DNA of 64,000 bases from an uncultured cyanobacterium. Its GTDB lineage: Bacteria; Cyanobacteriota; Cyanobacteriia; Cyanobacteriales; Nostocaceae. How positions within the stretch are numbered: position 1 is the first letter of the stretch; the number at the start of each line of letters is the position of its first letter. Below the pieces are notes generated by a model. The model ran no database searches. It was not told where the DNA came from and saw only the letters and a list, made by a program, of their open reading frames with translations. Made by a program: the position numbers and the translations under genes. Shown piece by piece: positions 55,490-64,000 of this stretch. The stretch covers positions 1,952,001-2,016,000 of the forward strand of contig OY970166.1 in the NCBI GenBank assembly GCA_963706595.1, in the 5' to 3' direction.

Positions 55490-56827
55490 ATGGCTTGGGT
55501 ATCAGGACAGCAATTGCAGGGTGGTAAATACGTCATTGAGCAAGAATTAGGCGAAGGTGGATTTGGGATAACTTATCGTGCTAAAGATAATAATGGGCGA
55601 TTGGTTGTAATTAAAACCTTGAATGAGCAAGTGCAACGCCGTCCTGATTTTGCCAAGTTTCAGCAAGATTTTTTAAATGAAGCCATCAAATTAGCTAAAT
55701 GCAGTCATCCTCATATTGTGCGGATGGATGAAGTGATTCATGAGGATGTACTGTGGTGCATGGTGATGGAATATATTGATGGGGAAGATTTAGCCAGTCG
55801 GGTTGAAAATCAAGGTGTTTTATCGGAAGCCGAAGCATTACGCTACATTCAGCAAATTGGCGAAGCTTTGATAGTAGTTCATAATAATGGCTTACTGCAT
55901 AGGGATATCAAACCACAAAATATTATGTTGCGTGCTGGTAAATCAGAAGCAGTGTTAATTGATTTTGGCATAGCGCGGGAATTTAGCCCAAACTTGACAC
56001 AGACGCATACAGAACTTTTATCTCTTGGTTTTTCGCCAATTGAGCAATATGATAAGCGAGCAAAACGAGGTGCTTACACAGATGTTTATGCCTTAGCTGC
56101 AACCCTCTATTCTGTGTTAACGGGAGAAGTTCCTACAATGTCTCCCATTCGGGCAATTGGTACGCAATTAATAGCACCAAAAGAAATTAATTCTAGTATT
56201 AGCGATCGCCTAAATCAAGCAATTCTCCAGGGAATGGAAGTAAAACCAGAAAATCGCCCTCAGTCAGTACAGGAATGGCTGAAATTGTTAGATTTGAATC
56301 CCACAATTCCTGCTATACCATCATCAACACAAACTACTTCAGTTCCATTAATTTCATCGCTGAACTTTGATTATTATAAGCTGCAAAATTTACTGGCAGA
56401 TGGTAACTGGATAGCTGCAAATATAGAAACTAGCAATCTCCTGGTTTCTATAGCTTGTCCCAGAAAGGGACGCTGGCTTGACTCGGAATCAATAAAAAGA
56501 ATTCCCTGTGAAGATTTACGTATAATTGATCAACTTTGGATACACTACAGCAATGGACTTTTTGGCTTTAGTGTGCAAAATCTTATTTGGCAGCGTGTGA
56601 AAGGAAATGTCAATGAATTTGGTAATAGTGTGGGTTGGCGTGTGAATAAATCATGGATTAAATACTCTCAATTTACCTTCAGTCTTGATGCTTCAAAAGG
56701 ACATTTACCAGCATATCTAGAATTTTTAGGCTTTGTATGGAAGTCAGGGTGGTTTGGTGATTATTGGGATGGTGATCTGAGTCGAGTATATGCTTTAGCC
56801 TCAAGAGTGAAACAGTGTAATCTTTAA
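55490..56827 (+). CDS. Ser/Thr protein kinase with C-terminal GUN4-like domain
   Basis: GEGGFG, HRDIKPQN, DFG; IDQLW..YSNG.FGFSVQ..IW, GHLP. Confidence 0.9.
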   Translation: MAWVSGQQLQGGKYVIEQELGEGGFGITYRAKDNNGRLVVIKTLNEQVQRRPDFAKFQQDFLNEAIKLAKCSHPHIVRMDEVIHEDVLWCMVMEYIDGEDLASRVENQGVLSEAEALRYIQQIGEALIVVHNNGLLHRDIKPQNIMLRAGKSEAVLIDFGIAREFSPNLTQTHTELLSLGFSPIEQYDKRAKRGAYTDVYALAATLYSVLTGEVPTMSPIRAIGTQLIAPKEINSSISDRLNQAILQGMEVKPENRPQSVQEWLKLLDLNPTIPAIPSSTQTTSVPLISSLNFDYYKLQNLLADGNWIAANIETSNLLVSIACPRKGRWLDSESIKRIPCEDLRIIDQLWIHYSNGLFGFSVQNLIWQRVKGNVNEFGNSVGWRVNKSWIKYSQFTFSLDASKGHLPAYLEFLGFVWKSGWFGDYWDGDLSRVYALASRVKQCNL

Positions 56828-56872
56828 TCCTTTTATTTTTTGATTCCTCTAAACCATTAAATATAAGCTTTA

Positions 56873-57448
56873 TTATCTCACCTTTAACCAACTAAAAATA
56901 TCTGTTGGTTGTAACTGCCAATCTGTTAACACATCGAGAACAGGTAATATATCATTATTGTATTTAACTTCAGGTAATTGATGCGGTTGAAATACCATCA
57001 CCGATTTATCATTAGGGTCAATAAACCAACCTAATTTAGTCCCCTGGTTAATACAAAAAATAATTTTATTAATTACATGATTAGGAGATTGATCAGGTGA
57101 TAAAATTTCAATAGTCCAATCTGGATAACTTTCAAACCTATTGGCAATTTCTCCATCTGGATCAGTGGGGATACGTGACCACTCAAACACAGCAATATCT
57201 GGAACTAAAGAACGTCCCCCAAAAGTGCAGCGTAACTCGGTTAATGCTAAAGCTTTTTGCTGGGGTTCACCCACCTGATTGATATTAGTTGATAAACAAG
57301 TTTGGATTCTGCTATGTTTTCCCTGGGGCATTGGTTTTTGATAGATGCTGCCGTTGATATATTCACTAGCTGGTTTAGTTTCTGGTAATTGCAGAAATTC
57401 TGTCAGAGAAAGCTGGGAATTTACCTGAGTCGAAAGTACCATCAGCAA
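56873..57448 (-). CDS. Uma2 family endonuclease-like protein
   Basis: PETKPASEY, PD, PDWTIEILSP. Confidence 0.88.
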   Translation of the reverse strand: MLMVLSTQVNSQLSLTEFLQLPETKPASEYINGSIYQKPMPQGKHSRIQTCLSTNINQVGEPQQKALALTELRCTFGGRSLVPDIAVFEWSRIPTDPDGEIANRFESYPDWTIEILSPDQSPNHVINKIIFCINQGTKLGWFIDPNDKSVMVFQPHQLPEVKYNNDILPVLDVLTDWQLQPTDIFSWLKVR

Positions 57449-57555
57449 ATACTCCTAAAATATAAAAATATGGTAATTTAGCTCGTAATAATTGCTCTTA
57501 GCCCTTAATTCAGGACTAAAGTCCTGACTACAAACCTTTAATTATTTACGACCAC

Positions 57556-58131
57556 TTACAGTAATATTTTTAAAGGCTGCGTAAACCCTGGGACAACATC
57601 TTCACCATTCAAAATTGCTGTAGCTGGATACTGAGTAATTGACCCATCCCGACGATAAACCAAAGCTTGCTGATTTTGACGGTCAATCAACCATGCTAAC
57701 TGCACACCATTGGTAATATATTCTGACATCTTGGCTTTAAGTTTCACCAAACTGTCATTTTTAGAACGAATTTCAATCACAAAATCAGGCGCTAAATTAA
57801 TAAAAGCGTCCTCTTGCTGATCCCAATTTTCTGGTAAACGTCCTTTCGCCACAAAAGCAGCATCAGGCGATCGCACTGCCGTATTTGGTAATCTAAAACC
57901 TGTACTTGGTCCAAAAACCTCACCTAAATCTTGACTTTCCACCCAAAACAACAAATAAGCGCCTGCTTTTATTTCGCGATTTCCAGAAATTCCCCCAGTT
58001 GGTGGCATAGTTTCTAAAGTTCCATCAGCATTGCGTTCAAACCGCAGTTCTGGGTTTTGCGAACTCATCAACATCAATTCTTCATCAGTGACAGCATAAC
58101 AAGACTGCACCGTTACTTTTTCACTGTTCAT
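57556..58131 (-). CDS. Uma2 family endonuclease-like protein
   Basis: MPPTG, SPDAAFV, PDFVIEIRS, KM.EY..NGV. Confidence 0.88.
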   Translation of the reverse strand: MNSEKVTVQSCYAVTDEELMLMSSQNPELRFERNADGTLETMPPTGGISGNREIKAGAYLLFWVESQDLGEVFGPSTGFRLPNTAVRSPDAAFVAKGRLPENWDQQEDAFINLAPDFVIEIRSKNDSLVKLKAKMSEYITNGVQLAWLIDRQNQQALVYRRDGSITQYPATAILNGEDVVPGFTQPLKILL

Positions 58132-58260
58132 GATGATGCCAACTGGAATGACACCTTTATTTTAGTAGGTATACCCGCTATAATCTTTCTCTCTTCCTTT
58201 GCGTCCTCTGCGCCTTGGCGGTTCGTTTTAAAATAGACCTAAACACCAGCGCATAAAAAA

Positions 58261-58833
58261 ATGCTCACAGAACGCTTCACCGCAGCCTTAAGCTACGCCA
58301 CCCAACTCCACGCCAAACAAGTGCGTAAAGGCTCAGGAGTCCCCTACATTGCCCATTTATTAGGTGCTGCCAGTATTGCTTTAGAATATGGAGCAAACGA
58401 AGATGAGGCGATCGCAGCCCTTTTACATGATGCCATAGAAGACCAAGGAGGTGATGCCACACGAGTAGAAATTCGCCGCCGCTTTGGAGACAATGTAACA
58501 GATATTGTCGATGGTTGTACGGATGCCGACACCACACCCAAACCACCTTGGCGACAGCGCAAAGAAGCTTATATTGCTCACATTGCCACCGCCTCACCCT
58601 CAGTATTACTGGTATCAGCTGCTGATAAACTGTACAATGCCCAGTCAATTCTCAAAGATTATCGCGTCTTAGGCGAATCATTTTGGGAACGCTTTCATGG
58701 AGGTAGAGAAGGAACCCTTTGGTATTATCGCGCCCTTGTAGATGCCTTTACCAAGAGGGGAAATACTCCCCTAGTTCAAGAATTAGAACGAGTGGTGAGA
58801 GAAATCGAACGACAAACGGCTAATAAAAAATGA
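58261..58833 (+). CDS. HD-domain hydrolase, Mesh1/small-alarmone-hydrolase-like
   Basis: H..Q.RK..GVPYIAH, ALLHDAIED, ADKLYN. Confidence 0.85.
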   Translation: MLTERFTAALSYATQLHAKQVRKGSGVPYIAHLLGAASIALEYGANEDEAIAALLHDAIEDQGGDATRVEIRRRFGDNVTDIVDGCTDADTTPKPPWRQRKEAYIAHIATASPSVLLVSAADKLYNAQSILKDYRVLGESFWERFHGGREGTLWYYRALVDAFTKRGNTPLVQELERVVREIERQTANKK

Positions 58834-58917
58834 AGGCTGAAGGCGGAAAAAATCCATACTTCAAACTTCATCATTTTTCGATATCAAATTGTCACTGCAA
58901 AAACAGTATTGTCTTTG

Positions 58918-59934
58918 TTAGCGGAACATACTACTTACTGAAGTATCTTCGTGAATCCGCCAGATGGTTTCACCTAACAGATTAGCGACTGAAAGCACCA
59001 CTAATTCCGGAAAGCGATCGCATTCTGGTATAGGTATCGTATTGGTAACAATGACTTCCTCAAACAAGCCACTTGACAAACGCTCCTTTGCAGGTGGCGA
59101 AAACACAGCATGAGTTGCACAAGCATATACCTGACTTGCACCTTCTCGACGCAGCAACCTTGCGCCTTCGCTAATTGTGCCGCCAGTATCAATCATGTCA
59201 TCCACCAAAATGGCTGTTTTACCCTTCACATCACCGATGACGTTCATCACTTCAGCCACATTATGAGCTTGACGACGTTTATCGATAATAGCCAACGGCG
59301 CATCATTCAGCTTTTTAGCAAACGCTCTAGCGCGTGCGACACCGCCGACATCGGGAGAAACAACCACAACATCAGACAGTTGTTTACTAGCCAGATAATC
59401 GAAAATTACTGGCGAACCGTAAACATGATCAAAAGGTATATCAAAATAACCTTGAATTTGCGCCGAGTGCAAATCCATAGCCAAAACCCGACTAGCTCCG
59501 GCTTTAGCAATCAGGTTAGCCACCAATTTGGCGGTAATTGACTCGCGTCCTGCCGTTTTGCGGTCAGCGCGGGCATAGCCATAATAGGGAATTACTGCTG
59601 TTACCTGTCGTGCAGAAGCCCGACGACAAGCATCAACCATAATCAGCAATTCCATCAAGTGGTCATTAACAGGTTGACAAGTTGGTTGGATTAAATAAAC
59701 ATCACAACCCCGAATTGATTCTTGAATTTGAACGTATAGTTCTCCATCCGCGAACCTTTTGCGAATCATTGGACCCAAGTCCATACCCAGGTAACGAGCG
59801 ACTTCTTGAGACAGTGGGACATTGGCAGAGCCAGAAAATAGCCGCAGGCGATGATTTTCCGTCACTCCTGTGGCGGCTGGTTGCACCTTTAAACTTGCAG
59901 AACTCAGCACAGCAGAACCTCGATGTGCATTCAT
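58918..59934 (-). CDS. prs: Ribose-phosphate pyrophosphokinase
   Basis: FADGE, PYYGYARADRK, DLHS.QIQG, SPDVGG, DDMIDTGGT. Confidence 0.97.
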   Translation of the reverse strand: MNAHRGSAVLSSASLKVQPAATGVTENHRLRLFSGSANVPLSQEVARYLGMDLGPMIRKRFADGELYVQIQESIRGCDVYLIQPTCQPVNDHLMELLIMVDACRRASARQVTAVIPYYGYARADRKTAGRESITAKLVANLIAKAGASRVLAMDLHSAQIQGYFDIPFDHVYGSPVIFDYLASKQLSDVVVVSPDVGGVARARAFAKKLNDAPLAIIDKRRQAHNVAEVMNVIGDVKGKTAILVDDMIDTGGTISEGARLLRREGASQVYACATHAVFSPPAKERLSSGLFEEVIVTNTIPIPECDRFPELVVLSVANLLGETIWRIHEDTSVSSMFR

Positions 59935-60654
59935 GGCAATATTATCATTAGATATTTAGCAGATTTAACTGAAATGGCCTAAAAAAAACATCTGTGAGTT
60001 TTTTTAAAGCTTTCATAAAAACTTTAAACATTTCTCAATATAATTATTTTGGCTCATGTTGTAGTCCTTTTGGTGAACAAACCATTGTTGGGACAAAAAC
60101 AGTAGCAACACTGGCGCATAAATTCTTCAAGGAAAGTTGAACATTTACTCAATACTCTATGATACTAGCTGCAAAATTATAAACTAGCAGACTAGATTTT
60201 CGATAGTAAATTATCTCAAAAATTATCGGGTGTGGCAAATTTAGCTCGCGTGAGTTGTGATGGGTGAGGGCTGATGCTATCTCTACATGGTAGTTTTTAG
60301 ATATCGGCTCTTGACTAAGAAAGGCACAAAAAAGGCTGAAATTAATCGTCCGCAGCTAGTTAGGGAATTGCTCTCACGGTCAATTTTAGTCATTTTTTAC
60401 ACATAATTACTGATAAAACAGGGGAAAAATAGAGTTAAATAAGTCTTAAAAGCCTTACTTAGCACGTACTAACACGGAATTTATTACCTCCCGGCTGGGA
60501 CTTATAGCAACGGCCAAGGTGCTGAGGACAAAAACAGACCATAAAACCCTTGTAATTAAGGAGTTTTAAGCCTGCTCCCTGCTTCCCTGCCCTTGCCCCC
60601 TGCTATATCTTTGTAAGTGGCTTTTGCTCCAGTTGCTATTACAGTTCATTAATC

Positions 60655-62307
60655 ATGCAAGCACCCATTACAGTTGGTTCTATTCTGCAAGACCGTTATC
60701 GAATTATCCAAATTCTCGGAGAAGGAGGATCTGGCAGAACCTATTTGACAGAAGACCAGCGACGCTTTAACGAACTTTGCGCGGTCAAAGAATTTATTTC
60801 CCCCACAGGGGCTGATGCTTGGGAGAAAGCACAAGCACTTTTCCAGGAAGAAGCTGCTATTTTATATCAAATAGAGCATTCACAAGTGCCGAAATTTCGG
60901 GAAAAATTTGAGCAATATCAACGCTTATTTTTAGTGGAGGACTACGTTGCTGGTAAGACTTACCGGACTCTGCTGAGTGAGCGTCTAGCTGCTGGTCAAA
61001 CTTTTACTGAGGCAGAAGTATGGCAATTAATTGGCTCTTTGCTGCCAGTTTTAGAGCATATTCATAGTCGCGGGATTATTCACCGGGATATCTCACCGGA
61101 AAATATTATTTTGCGCGCTGGCGATACTCAGCCAGTGTTAATTGGCTTTGGAGTGGTGAAGGAATTAGGAACGCGGTTACAGTCTCCAGATAGCACAACG
61201 CCAATTACCAATGTGGGTAAATTAGGTTTTGCGCCTCCTGAACAAATGCAAACAGGGCAAGCTTACCCTCATAGTGATTTGTATGCACTAGCGGTGACAG
61301 GGATAGTTTTGTTGACTGGTAAAGAACCAACTGATTTATTTGATGTCACCCAACTAACTTGGAATTGGCAAGAGTGGGTGAAGGTGAATGCACAATTTGC
61401 CCAAGTTATGAATAAAATGTTAAGTCATTTACCAGGCGATCGCTTCCAGAATGCGGCTGATGTCATCCAAGCATTACAGATTCTGCAAAAACCCAGTGTT
61501 TCTACTCCAGAATTGTCCCAAGTCCAAACCATTGCGGTTGGTCGTCGCCCCAACTCAATCACACCGCCAGTTTCACCCCGCAAACTTGAGCCAGTAATTT
61601 CACCCAGTCGCTCTAGCTCGATTTTAGATAGTCCATTAGCTCTTGGGGCTATTGGTAGTGCAGTGGTAATTTTAGCCGGAGTCGGTTCTTGGGCTTTGGT
61701 AAGTTCTATCCGCAGTCAGCAAAATACACCACCAGAAATCACACTTCTAGAAACTTTTCCTTCCCCCATTGTGACTGGTGAGAAAACACCTACACCAGAA
61801 ATTACACCAGAAATTACACCAGAAATTACACCAGAAATTACACCAGAAATTACACCAGAAATTACACCCACCAGTGTAGAACCTGTGGTATTTAGTAGAC
61901 GGCTGAACTTGAAAGCATCTGATATGACTACAGTGGAAGAGACTATCAAGAGAAATCAAATCATTCAGTACACATTCTCTGGGGACGAAGGAGCCAAGTT
62001 AACGGCATCTATTGACCAAGCAAGCGGCATTTTGCTCACAATTTTAGATGGAAATCAAGAACCAATTGAGAGTAATGCCCAGCAAGTAACAACATACGAT
62101 GGCATATTGCCGATGACTGGGAGATATATTATTCAGTTAATTCCACAGCCAGAAATTGCCGAAAGTGATTACAGTCTGAATGTGGCATTAGAAAACCCAG
62201 TTATACCAACACCCACACCAACCGAAACACCAATACTACCGCCTATACCTCAACCAAACTTTGGCGAGGAAAATAACACTCCTACTGATAGCACGCCAGG
62301 ATTATAG
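60655..62307 (+). CDS. Membrane Ser/Thr protein kinase (DFG motif reads GFG) with Pro/Thr-rich linker and C-terminal extracytoplasmic domain
   Basis: AVKE, HRDISPEN, VLIGFG, TM helix, (TPEI)6. Confidence 0.85.
   Translation: MQAPITVGSILQDRYRIIQILGEGGSGRTYLTEDQRRFNELCAVKEFISPTGADAWEKAQALFQEEAAILYQIEHSQVPKFREKFEQYQRLFLVEDYVAGKTYRTLLSERLAAGQTFTEAEVWQLIGSLLPVLEHIHSRGIIHRDISPENIILRAGDTQPVLIGFGVVKELGTRLQSPDSTTPITNVGKLGFAPPEQMQTGQAYPHSDLYALAVTGIVLLTGKEPTDLFDVTQLTWNWQEWVKVNAQFAQVMNKMLSHLPGDRFQNAADVIQALQILQKPSVSTPELSQVQTIAVGRRPNSITPPVSPRKLEPVISPSRSSSILDSPLALGAIGSAVVILAGVGSWALVSSIRSQQNTPPEITLLETFPSPIVTGEKTPTPEITPEITPEITPEITPEITPEITPTSVEPVVFSRRLNLKASDMTTVEETIKRNQIIQYTFSGDEGAKLTASIDQASGILLTILDGNQEPIESNAQQVTTYDGILPMTGRYIIQLIPQPEIAESDYSLNVALENPVIPTPTPTETPILPPIPQPNFGEENNTPTDSTPGL
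61792..61863 (+). repeat. 12-bp perfect coding tandem repeat (ACACCAGAAATT)x6
   Basis: Directly visible; encodes TPEI x6. Confidence 0.92.
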
Positions 62308-62369
62308 TACCTGCGATGTATTATAATTATTAAAAATTGTGCATACTTGAAAAGTAATCACCAAAGAGA

Positions 62370-63047
62370 TTGTTGAACACATTACTGATTACTGGTACTG
62401 ATACGGAGGCTGGCAAAACTGTTTTAACCACAGCGTTGGCAGCCTATTGGCAAAAGTATTATCCGCAGCGTAGCTGGGGAATTATGAAGCCGATTCAATC
62501 GGGGATAGGCGATCGCGAATTATATCAAAAGTTATTTGCCTTAGAGCAATCTGCCCAAGAAATTACACCTTTGTATTTCGCAGCCCCCCTAGCCCCTCCC
62601 ATCGCCGCCGCTAAGGAAAATCGGAGTGTGGATTTGGCGGTGGTATGGCAAGCTTTTTCTAAGTTGCGATCGCAGCGTGATTTTGTTCTAGTAGAAGCTT
62701 TGGGTGGTTTAGGTTCACCCATTACCGATGAGTTGACAGTGGCTGATTTAGCCGGGGAATGGCGTTTACCGACGGTATTGGTAGTCCCAGTCAGATTAGG
62801 TGCGATCGCTCAAGCCGTGGCGAATGTGGCATTGGCTAGGCAATCCAAGGTAAATCTCAAAGGTATTGTTCTTAACTGTGTACAACCCCGTACAGATGCA
62901 GAAATAGCCGACTGGACACCATCAGATTTAATTCAATCTCTGACTCATACGCCAGTTTTAGGTTGTTTGCCTTATTTAGATAATGTGGAAGATTTGGATA
63001 AACTCGCGCAAGTCGCATCAAATCTGGATTGGGAAAGATTAAGCTGA
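62370..63047 (+). CDS. bioD: Dethiobiotin synthase
   Basis: ITGTDTEAGKT, KPIQSG, VEALGG, GIVLN. Confidence 0.93.
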   Translation: MLNTLLITGTDTEAGKTVLTTALAAYWQKYYPQRSWGIMKPIQSGIGDRELYQKLFALEQSAQEITPLYFAAPLAPPIAAAKENRSVDLAVVWQAFSKLRSQRDFVLVEALGGLGSPITDELTVADLAGEWRLPTVLVVPVRLGAIAQAVANVALARQSKVNLKGIVLNCVQPRTDAEIADWTPSDLIQSLTHTPVLGCLPYLDNVEDLDKLAQVASNLDWERLS

Positions 63048-63114
63048 TGTAGCCTTTGACACGCAAAGTCTCCCCTCTCCTTACCAAGGCTACGGTGTAC
63101 ACACAAATGATGAT

Positions 63115-63320
63115 TTGACATACCTCCTCTTCCTGAAGGAGAGAGGATTCCTTAACGCTTCATTGGGTTGTGCTATCGAAATAGTCTTACCATCCCTCGA
63201 CGTTCGTTTAAAGTCTCCCAATGCCCTGTGGCGACTATATTCCAATTTTACCAGAAAGCCGTCCTAAAAGGCTTGTACTGAGCTTGCCGAAGTGACGGGG
63301 CTTGTATCCCATTATTTTCG
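63115..63320 (-). mobile_element. Non-autonomous IS200/IS605-type remnant (left end, tnpB 3'-like region, right end)
   Basis: Minus strand: AAGCCCCGTC..TTTTAGGACGGCTTT left hairpin (interrupted by an SDR), internal ..GCCACAGGGCATTGGGAGACTTTAAACG.., right hairpin GAATCCTCTCTCCTTCAGGAAGAGGAGG ending ..GTCAA. Confidence 0.55.
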
Positions 63321-63340
63321 GTCAGTCAAAATTATGTTTT

Positions 63341-63420
63341 GTAGGGTGTGTTGTCGCGTAGCGCAACGCACCATTATAGATTATCGGTGCGTTAGGACTA
63401 AAGTCCATAACGCACCCTAC
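63341..63420. repeat. GTAG-type REP doublet, inverted copy of 33334-33413
   Basis: Both palindromic arms match the 33.3-kb element; spacer diverged. Confidence 0.75.
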
Positions 63421-63612
63421 CTAAGTTGATGTATGCTGTTACACGCGAAAGCTCCCCTCTCCTTACCAAGGAGAGGGGTTGGGGGTGAGGTTAGTGTTTA
63501 AATCCCCATTCCTCAAAAAACACAGATGAAACATTCACCCTGAACTCTTTGAGAAAGATTAAACTTGGAAAATATCCTCAGTTAGCTTTACTGAAATGAG
63601 CTTGTTTTGATC

Positions 63613-64000
63613 ATGGTTTCCACTTTTCCCAACTCTTCTGTCGATTTATCTCGCGTTCGTCTGGAAATTCGCTCATTGCAACCGCGATTAGTAGAATGGC
63701 GGCGGCGACTGCATCAAAAACCAGAGTTGGGGTTTAAAGAAAAACTCACGGCTGAGTTAGTCTCTAGCCAGTTGCAAGCATGGGGAATTGAACATGAAAC
63801 TGGCATAGCTCAAACTGGTATTGTGGCTATTATTCAGGGAAGCAAACCCGGTGCTGAGAAAGTATTGGCAATTCGGGCTGATATGGATGCTTTGCCAATT
63901 CAAGAACTGAATGAAGTTCCCTATAAATCGCAACATGATGGAGTGATGCACGCTTGTGGACATGATGGACATACTGCGATCGCACTGGGTACAGCTTACC
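63613..64000 (+). CDS. M20 family amidohydrolase (3'-partial)
   Basis: WRRRLHQKPELGFKE, RADMDALP, MHACGHDGH. Confidence 0.9.
   Translation, partial: MVSTFPNSSVDLSRVRLEIRSLQPRLVEWRRRLHQKPELGFKEKLTAELVSSQLQAWGIEHETGIAQTGIVAIIQGSKPGAEKVLAIRADMDALPIQELNEVPYKSQHDGVMHACGHDGHTAIALGTAY

Noticed and set aside
56873..58833. Uma2 pair plus HD protein as a novel defence or toxin-antitoxin system
   Set aside because: Uma2 paralogs are abundant and scattered in cyanobacteria, the HD gene is divergent, and nothing links them functionally
59940..60650. Riboswitch or ncRNA in the prs-kinase intergenic region
   Set aside because: No motif I can recognise; part of it (about 60503-60607) is a TATAGCA-ended MITE-like repeat

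Overview
Chromosomal window from a filamentous, probably heterocyst-forming cyanobacterium (Nostocales-like), judged from abundant HIP1 octamers (GCGATCGC), heptamer STRRs, GTAG-REP/SDR/MITE repeats and typical gene families. In order it contains: the 3' tail of a lipid/secondary-metabolite cluster (ferredoxin, two PapA5-like acyltransferases, ACP, docking-domain/aldolase-like protein); a general-stress cluster (Mn-catalase, cupin, Zn-ADH, SRPBCC, PfpI, DUF2267); a two-gene unit in which a small helical protein and a membrane-anchored STAND-NTPase/Ig-repeat protein share a duplicated G/N/Q-rich N-terminal motif; a WD40 protein; and an accessory island with a repetitive Ser/Thr-rich RiPP-precursor-like peptide, GT2, sulfotransferase, GT4 and MFS exporter. 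Then come SWIM/SNF2, murD, glyS, nnr, a Type I R-M island at tRNA-Lys(CTT), murT/gatD split by an unknown gene, typA, two Ser/Thr kinases, two Uma2 genes, an HD hydrolase, prs, bioD, a mini IS605-type remnant and the start of an M20 amidohydrolase. The best candidates for undescribed systems are the putative glyco/sulfo-RiPP locus (21.1-25.9 kb) and the putative amyloid-motif-coupled NLR-like receptor/effector pair (12.1-16.3 kb). Three genes, including essential murD, carry single +1 insertions, so assembly errors are likely. All product calls come from motif recognition by eye; no searches were run.
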